From the NCBI GenBank assembly GCA_038260095.1, contig JBBSOC010000001.1, positions 952 through 64,951 of the forward strand: a stretch of DNA of 64,000 nucleotides, in the 5' to 3' direction. This stretch comes from Mycobacteriales bacterium (lineage in GTDB: Bacteria; Actinomycetota; Actinomycetes; Mycobacteriales; QHCE01). Every line of letters starts with the position of its first letter. Position 1 is the stretch's first letter. The notes below the pieces were generated by a model. It was not told where the DNA came from and made no database searches. It saw only the letters and a list, made by a program, of their open reading frames with translations. Below are positions 58,241 through 64,000 of this stretch, piece after piece. The translations under genes were made by a program, and so were the position numbers.

Positions 58241-58820
58241 TAAAGCTTCCTTGTCGTGTGCTGTTCGTCTGCTTCTTTTGCCAGGTGTTGCTGAAAGTCA
58301 TACGGTGGTGAACCGTGCGTTACGGGATGCGTTCCCCGGGGTCTCTCGACCCCCGCAGTCGGGCGTGTCGAGCCATTTCGCCAAATTTGGTGAAAGGCTA
58401 CATTCCAACCGATGTACTCAGCAGTTAGCCGAGTGATCACAGGAACAAGCGAGGCGCCCTCGGCACGAAGCACACCACTAGTTTTGCACTGGTGTTCATC
58501 GCTACCACGGATGCGGCGACTGAACAGTCACCACTCAAAAATGGGAAACCTAAGCAAGCTTAGATACCCGCGCTTTGAGGCACGATTAGTAAGAGTACCG
58601 ACTCCCCAATGGCCGGTCAAAACGGCCCCCACCTCAAGCTCCAGCCGCTGCTTAGTCGCAGGCATTGGCCCGCGCGACTACCACCTAGTCGCCATCTGAT
58701 GTTGCGGACACGGACGCATATTGGATTTCAACGATCTTCGCTAGGGTGAAGCCACTCTAGGCCCACCACCCCCGCAGCAACTTTCAGTGAGTAGTGATTC
58801 TCAGGAGGTCCGAAGCTCTT

Positions 58821-59702
58821 ATGTCGTCTAATCCGCGCACTGTCGCCTTAGTAACGTCTGAGCGGTTAGGGGAACGAGGATGGAACGATACTGACACACC
58901 GTTAGTGCAGGCCGCGCTTGAACAGCACGGGATCAACGCGCAGCTCGTCCCGTGGCACGAGGATGTTGAATGGTCCTCGTACGCACTTGCCGTCCTGCGG
59001 TCCCCATGGGACATGTTTTTAGGGCACCTCAACGAATTCTTTGACTGGCTCGAGCAGGCCGAAAAGCAGACTGTGGTGCTTAACGCACCGCCTGTAGTGC
59101 GCCGCGTACTGGACAAACACTATCTCCAAGATCTCGCGACAGCCAAAGTGCCGGTGATCCCCACCGCCTTCGTTGAGCTCGGACAATCGCCTAAATTTCC
59201 CGACGTTGAATTCGTCGTGAAACCCGTTATTTCGGGTGGAGCCTCAGACTCGGCTCGATATCGACCAAACGACGTTGCGGCGGCGACTACGCACGTAAAG
59301 TATTTACACGCACAAGGCTTTGCCGCCATGGTGCAGCCATACATGTCGTCGATTGACAGTGAAGGCGAACGGGCCTTGATGTTCTTCAACAACGTCTATG
59401 ACCATGCCATTGTTAAACAGGCCATCCTCGCGCCGGGTGAAAGCTTCGAGGTAGTTCGTAAACTCCATCCCGGACCGCGCGCGTACGAACCCACGAAGGC
59501 CGAGCAATCGGTGGCTCGCGCGGCGCTGGAAGTCATGAGTACCGAGGGAGAACTGCTCTCGGGACGCGTGGACATGGTTGTCGATTCAAACAACAATCCC
59601 GCGGTCATGGAACTAGAGCTGATCGCGCCTATCCTTTTTCTCACGCATGACGACGGTGCGGTGGAGCGTTTCGCGGCCGCCATTCGTCAACGACTCACCT
59701 GA
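58821..59702 (+). CDS. ATP-grasp-like protein (RimK/glutathione-synthetase-like fold, tentative)
   Basis: ATG 58821 downstream of AGGAGG. Pattern ..DKHYLQDL....VPVIPT..FVVKPVISGGASDS..VQPYM.SI...GERALMFF..RVDMV....NPAVMELELI.P.L. Confidence 0.45.
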   Translation: MSSNPRTVALVTSERLGERGWNDTDTPLVQAALEQHGINAQLVPWHEDVEWSSYALAVLRSPWDMFLGHLNEFFDWLEQAEKQTVVLNAPPVVRRVLDKHYLQDLATAKVPVIPTAFVELGQSPKFPDVEFVVKPVISGGASDSARYRPNDVAAATTHVKYLHAQGFAAMVQPYMSSIDSEGERALMFFNNVYDHAIVKQAILAPGESFEVVRKLHPGPRAYEPTKAEQSVARAALEVMSTEGELLSGRVDMVVDSNNNPAVMELELIAPILFLTHDDGAVERFAAAIRQRLT

Positions 59703-59741
59703 GGAACCAGTCTCTGGCAAGTCACAGTTCAGGTCGTTGCT

Positions 59742-60087
59742 ATGCCTGCGATCAAGCGCTGCGAGCCTCACGTCTCGCTCTTTATGCTCAGCGTGGATGA
59801 GACAGAAGTGAACCGCGTGACTCAGACCGTAGGGCACCTTGCCAGCAAGCTACCGGCTCTTTCAGTTGATGGACACGAGTACCGCCACAACCCATCCCCG
59901 ACGACACCAGCTGCTCAAGTATGGCTACGACGAAGTGGCCAAGGATTCAACCGGCGGCCGGGACCGCTTCAACCCTCACATCACATTGGCATGGCCACAT
60001 GATCCCGACAGGCGAGTCTCTTTCGAAGGCTTGCCACGTCCGCAGATATTCAGTGGGCACCTGACCGAACTTGCCGTGTTGGCATGA
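59742..60087 (+). pseudogene. 2H-phosphoesterase (LigT-like) family gene, frameshifted
   Basis: The two HxS/T motifs lie in different frames: PHVSLFML (59742 frame) and PHITLAWP (59839 frame). The shift is near 59860-59890. Confidence 0.5.
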
Positions 60088-60186
60088 GCGCATACGGCAT
60101 CTGCACCAAGAACTACAGCTCTTTCGACTTGTCTGAGCCGAAAGCTGGGCAGTTTATTCTGAGATGAAGCACGCCTTACGCCATGG

Positions 60187-60340
60187 TGCCCGATTGCAAG
60201 CTGCTGCCATCATCGTCGATGAAGCGACCAGGTCAGTGGCAGCGCATTTTACCAAGTTCTCCTAACTTGGCAAAAATTTTTATCGTGCACCACCTCGTTA
60301 GCGTCTCATCTCTGGATCGATTACGCGACGTTCAACATCT
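60187..60340 (+). repeat. ~150-bp hairpin-containing repeat, copy B
   Basis: Aligns with the reverse complement of 40660-40812. Hairpin TTTTACCAAGTT-CTCCT-AACTTGGCAAAA followed by ATTTTT. Confidence 0.75.
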
Positions 60341-60413
60341 CTACAGGTGGTTGATCGTGCTGCATAGCTTGGGCGAGATCGTAGTTTTCGGTGGCGGATG
60401 TCAACCGTGCAGC

Positions 60414-62129
60414 TTAGCCGTCTACTGGCATGGCTTGCGCTATGCAGACCTGGTCACGGCCTTGGGTTTTGGCTTGATAGAGCGCTCGATCGGCAGTCGC
60501 AATCAGCGTCGTACTTTCGCCACCGGCCGCGCTAGCCACACCTGCGGACACGGTAATTCGCAAACCTTCAGCGAATTGGGTTAGATCAAGCTCGCCGACC
60601 CACCCCCGTAGCCGTTCCGCAATCGTCGCGGCGCCCTCGGCCGAAATGCCAGGGAGCAGCACAGCGAACTCCTCGCCGCCCACTCGCGCAGCTAGGTCAC
60701 TGGCTCGGCAATGCCGAGCCAGCTCGGCAGCAACCGCCGCTAACACTTGATCCCCGACGACGTGACTGTAAGAATCGTTGATCTGCTTAAAAAAGTCCAA
60801 ATCCAGCAGTATTAAACTAACGTTTTCCTTGGTCAACTCAGCTTGCACCAGCAGACGGGTGAGTGCGGCATCAAAGTGCCGTCGGTTGGCTAGCCCGGTG
60901 AGAGCGTCGGTGTGTGCTAACCGCTCCATTGCACGGCGCTCCCCGGCCAACCGACGGTTCACCCTAGAGAGTCGGTGCAGCCGCGCACCCGCTTCTTCGG
61001 AGACTTCCGAACGGCGTTCTGCCTCAAAACGTGCGACCGCGATTTGATCTTCACGGTCGCCCACTCGGTCACGTAATCGGAGCTCAGCCTCCAGCAGTCG
61101 TTTGTGCATCGCCAGCGCCGCCGTGATGTCCCCAGAAAGTTCATGAGCTTGGACTAGCAGGCGCAGCACCTCCACCATGTCGTAGGTGAGGTCCCACTGC
61201 TCGTGTAATGCCAACGCTCGCTGCAAATGCGTAATGGCTTGCCCCACCGCGCCTGTAGCCAGATACGCCATACCGGCATAGTGCAACGCACTCACCGAGC
61301 GATAATCTAGATCCAGCGCGCCAGCCAAACGCAGCCCATGTTCGGCCACGATAATTGCTTCGTTGTAGCGCCCCAGCCAGCACAGCGGTAGCACCTGCGT
61401 CGCTAGCGCCACCGGCTCGCGCGCTACGTCGCCGGACTGCATGGCGCCTTCATAGGCGCGGCGCAGGCTACGCAGAGAGGCCGCAAACGCCGAGCGCGCC
61501 TGCGCCCCACGTCCCAGCCCAGCCCAGCGAACGCCAATCTTGCCGTGCACCTCGCCAAGGTGAACCAGTGCAATACCCTCACCAAGGCGATCGTTGGATT
61601 CCTCGGCTAGGGTGCGTGCTCGCTCCAGCAGCGCTAAGGCTTCATCAAGTCGATCGACGAGAAACTGGTTATCTCCTAACGCGCTGAGTGCCCACGACTG
61701 GCCACTGAGCTCTTCGGTATGCACGAAGCCGCTCAGCGCGCGTTCTAGATGCACTGTTGCGCCACCCGGATCGCCCAGGTACTCCAGCGCTACCCCGATG
61801 AAGTGGTCGCACCAGGCGACTCCGACAGTGTCGGCCAAGCCCAGCGAACGAGCCCGCGCGTCACACAGCTCTTCATACGTTGCTCTAGGCCCCAACGTGT
61901 GCAGCCACGCCTGTGCATGCACTCGCATCGCAGTCGCCAGCAACGCGGGGTCATCGCTGTTGCGGGCAGCGGCAAGACCTTCATCTGCTACCGCGCCTGC
62001 CGCACGCGGATCTGCCCCAGCTAGCCAGGTACCCAAGACCAGCAGGGCCTTGATGCGTTCGGGCTGCGATGCGGCCGCGTCCACCCGCTCGGTTAACGTC
62101 TTAGTGAGCGTGACAGCGCGCATACGCAC
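60414..62129 (-). CDS. Diguanylate cyclase: TPR-like N-terminal region plus GGDEF domain
   Basis: ..DALTGLANRRHFD.., active site RVGGEEFAVLLPG, I-site RASD. Confidence 0.85.
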   Translation of the reverse strand: MRMRAVTLTKTLTERVDAAASQPERIKALLVLGTWLAGADPRAAGAVADEGLAAARNSDDPALLATAMRVHAQAWLHTLGPRATYEELCDARARSLGLADTVGVAWCDHFIGVALEYLGDPGGATVHLERALSGFVHTEELSGQSWALSALGDNQFLVDRLDEALALLERARTLAEESNDRLGEGIALVHLGEVHGKIGVRWAGLGRGAQARSAFAASLRSLRRAYEGAMQSGDVAREPVALATQVLPLCWLGRYNEAIIVAEHGLRLAGALDLDYRSVSALHYAGMAYLATGAVGQAITHLQRALALHEQWDLTYDMVEVLRLLVQAHELSGDITAALAMHKRLLEAELRLRDRVGDREDQIAVARFEAERRSEVSEEAGARLHRLSRVNRRLAGERRAMERLAHTDALTGLANRRHFDAALTRLLVQAELTKENVSLILLDLDFFKQINDSYSHVVGDQVLAAVAAELARHCRASDLAARVGGEEFAVLLPGISAEGAATIAERLRGWVGELDLTQFAEGLRITVSAGVASAAGGESTTLIATADRALYQAKTQGRDQVCIAQAMPVDG

Positions 62130-62235
62130 CTCCCCAGAATCTCCCCGCTCAACGCAAACAACCGCGGAGCTTGTAGCTTATTCACGGGCACGCACCTGCA
62201 ACGCCTGCGTGCTGAAAACACAGGGAAGATCGGCA

Positions 62236-63162
62236 CTATCCCACAGAGGTTTCAGCTGCAACAGATGGAGTAGGCCGCTCGAGTACGGTCAAAGTGACAG
62301 CAGCGAAAACGAGAAGTCCACCAATCGCCACGACTAAACCCGGCACTTCCCCATAGAAGAGTAGGCCTAAAAGCGGCGCGAAACCGATCTCAGTACTGAG
62401 TAAGATTGTTCCGACGTTGAGATCGAAGTGGCCAAAACCGTACAGCGAGAGGTATCCCACGCAGACTAAACCAATAGCGAATGCAAGCGCGACGAGCAGC
62501 GGCCCGATAATGTTCATCGGCTTGTCACCCTCGACGTGGATGAGGCGCTCAGCTGTTAAAAGCGCGATCAGCAACGCGACAAACGCACCCACGCCGTACT
62601 GAATCATGGACACAGTGCTGCGGTCAGCTCCTTTCAGAGACTTACGCAGACCGTTGACGATGCCCTCACATACCCCGGCGGCAAGACCAGCCCACGCCCC
62701 AACGCCAAACACAACGAACGATCCGGCGTACACACCCAAACCCACAAGCGCGGTTATGATCGCCGCTGCCTTCAGCAGCGTCATGGGCTCACCCCACACA
62801 AGTGTTCCGATAATCAACGAGGTGATGATCCCTCCGGCGTACAGCAAGAAAATGGTGTTAGCAAGCGGCGTTCGGATAACGGCGATGGTGAAGAAAATGG
62901 CTTCCACGCTAAACATCCCGGCCAGGCTGAACACACGCCAATGATGCTCACTCAGGACTCTGCGAACTACTGCGCGGTCCCCTCGCCACAAGATAAATCC
63001 GCCAAGAAACATCGCGGCAATAAAGAACCGCACCGCCACTTGGGTGCTGTCTCCAAATAGGGTTCCTAGTATCCGGATTGGGACCCCGAACGAACCGTAT
63101 AGTGCGGCGGCTGCCAGTAAGCTTAACGCCCCGCGAAGCCGGACGTCTAAACCTTTAGTCAC
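62236..63162 (-). CDS. EamA/DMT-family transporter
   Basis: 308 aa, ~10 TM helices in two internally repeated halves. Confidence 0.75.
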   Translation of the reverse strand: MTKGLDVRLRGALSLLAAAALYGSFGVPIRILGTLFGDSTQVAVRFFIAAMFLGGFILWRGDRAVVRRVLSEHHWRVFSLAGMFSVEAIFFTIAVIRTPLANTIFLLYAGGIITSLIIGTLVWGEPMTLLKAAAIITALVGLGVYAGSFVVFGVGAWAGLAAGVCEGIVNGLRKSLKGADRSTVSMIQYGVGAFVALLIALLTAERLIHVEGDKPMNIIGPLLVALAFAIGLVCVGYLSLYGFGHFDLNVGTILLSTEIGFAPLLGLLFYGEVPGLVVAIGGLLVFAAVTLTVLERPTPSVAAETSVG

Positions 63163-63234
63163 ATCACGACGCTACAGTTATCCCTTGTAAGGGCAACGAG
63201 CAGTCCGAAACCGTAGTCCTCAGATTCAAACGCA

Positions 63235-64000
63235 CTACGCCGAAATGGCAAGCGAGCTCCTGCTGACTTCCTCAGCGACGCATACTCGGTTCCGGCCCTG
63301 CGATTTCGCCCGGTACAGAGCGGCATCGGCGGCGCTATACAACTCGCCGGGGCGGCTGCCCAGCATCGCCGCCGCGCCCGAGCTCACCGTCACCGTCCAG
63401 CCGGGGCAGATATCGGTGACGTCGAGTCGACTAATAGCGGACCGGACCCGCTCGGCGACGCCCGCCGCCGCCGCAATATCTGTGTGTGGCAGCAGCAGAG
63501 CAAACTCCTCCCCGCCAACCCGAGCGGCAATGTCATCCTGCCGACACATGGAACGCAGTGTTGCCGCGAGCCGCCGTAACACTTCATCACCGGCGACGTG
63601 ACTGAATTGATCATTGATCATCTTGAAGAAGTCAATGTCGCAGATCACTACCGAGATGGGCCGATGAGTAAGCTCAGAGCGTACCGTCGCCCGCGCCAGC
63701 TGTACATCAAAGTGACGGCGGTTTGCCAACCCGGTCAGCGGATCGGTATGCGCAAGCCGCTTCAATAGGGCAAGGTCGCGCTCCAGACGTTCATTGTCGA
63801 GCGCCAGCTCATCAGTGAGCTCCCTGGCGTCGCCAGTATCAGACTGAGTGAATACAGCCTGGCCGTCGGCGCCATCAGCGCGACTGTTTGCCAGCTCTAG
63901 GCGGGCCTTGCTCACTTCGCGCTCCCGGCGCTCCCGCATACTACGCACCGCAAGCTCCACGTCAAGTAACCGCTTATGCAGCTCAAATGCGGACTTAACA
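63235..64000 (-). CDS. Diguanylate cyclase (GGDEF), N-terminus beyond window end
   Basis: Frame stays open to nt 64000. ..DPLTGLANRRHFD.., RVGGEEFALLLPH, I-site RQDD. Paralogue of 60414-62129. Confidence 0.8.
   Translation of the reverse strand, partial: VKSAFELHKRLLDVELAVRSMRERREREVSKARLELANSRADGADGQAVFTQSDTGDARELTDELALDNERLERDLALLKRLAHTDPLTGLANRRHFDVQLARATVRSELTHRPISVVICDIDFFKMINDQFSHVAGDEVLRRLAATLRSMCRQDDIAARVGGEEFALLLPHTDIAAAAGVAERVRSAISRLDVTDICPGWTVTVSSGAAAMLGSRPGELYSAADAALYRAKSQGRNRVCVAEEVSRSSLAISA

Noticed and set aside
61594-62337. 247-aa plus-strand ORF
   Set aside because: It is antisense to the TPR-GGDEF gene and has Ser/Ala/Arg-rich shadow-frame composition.

Overview
High-GC Gram-positive (Actinomycetota-type) chromosomal segment, annotated by eye from the ORF translations and raw sequence; no searches were run. 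nt 1-31,700 mix core genes with accessory DNA. Core genes: otsB/otsA, a sigma-70 factor, orn, tRNA-His, an L,D-transpeptidase, tRNA-Lys. Accessory parts: (i) a ~10-kb island next to tRNA-Arg(TCT), with decayed or 5'-truncated toxin C-terminal tips paired with immunity-type genes (SUKH-1, Imm11-like, SitI3-like), a MITE-like insertion and a decayed IS3 element. It is bracketed by a ~135-bp direct repeat carrying the 5' 50 nt of the tRNA. (ii) hicB-hicA. (iii) A membrane ferric-reductase-like/ferredoxin fusion with a cognate FAD reductase. (iv) An orphan HTH/TPR-like regulator. (v) A copper cluster: CsoR box, csoR, YHS-tailed permease, and a frameshifted membrane-cupredoxin gene. (vi) Lower-GC genes of unknown role: a C1 peptidase, a multi-CxxC protein and a YcxB-like protein. 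(vii) A tRNA-Lys-adjacent segment with an NYN-domain gene and ~720 bp free of ORFs. nt 31,700-58,240 (minus strand) hold the conserved glmM-rpsI-rplM-truA, rplQ-rpoA-rpsK-rpsM-rpmJ-infA-map-adk-secY, spc, S10 and tuf-fusA-rpsG-rpsL clusters. rpsD is absent between rpsK and rpoA. Short tandem duplications that copy gene ends into the neighbouring spacer recur here. The right end has an ATP-grasp gene, a frameshifted 2H-phosphoesterase, two TPR-GGDEF paralogues and an EamA transporter. The strongest candidates for something new are the toxin/immunity island, especially a toxin-like ORF overlapping an S1/OB-fold ORF, the split NOX-like redox module, and a ~150-bp hairpin repeat present twice with its loop complemented.
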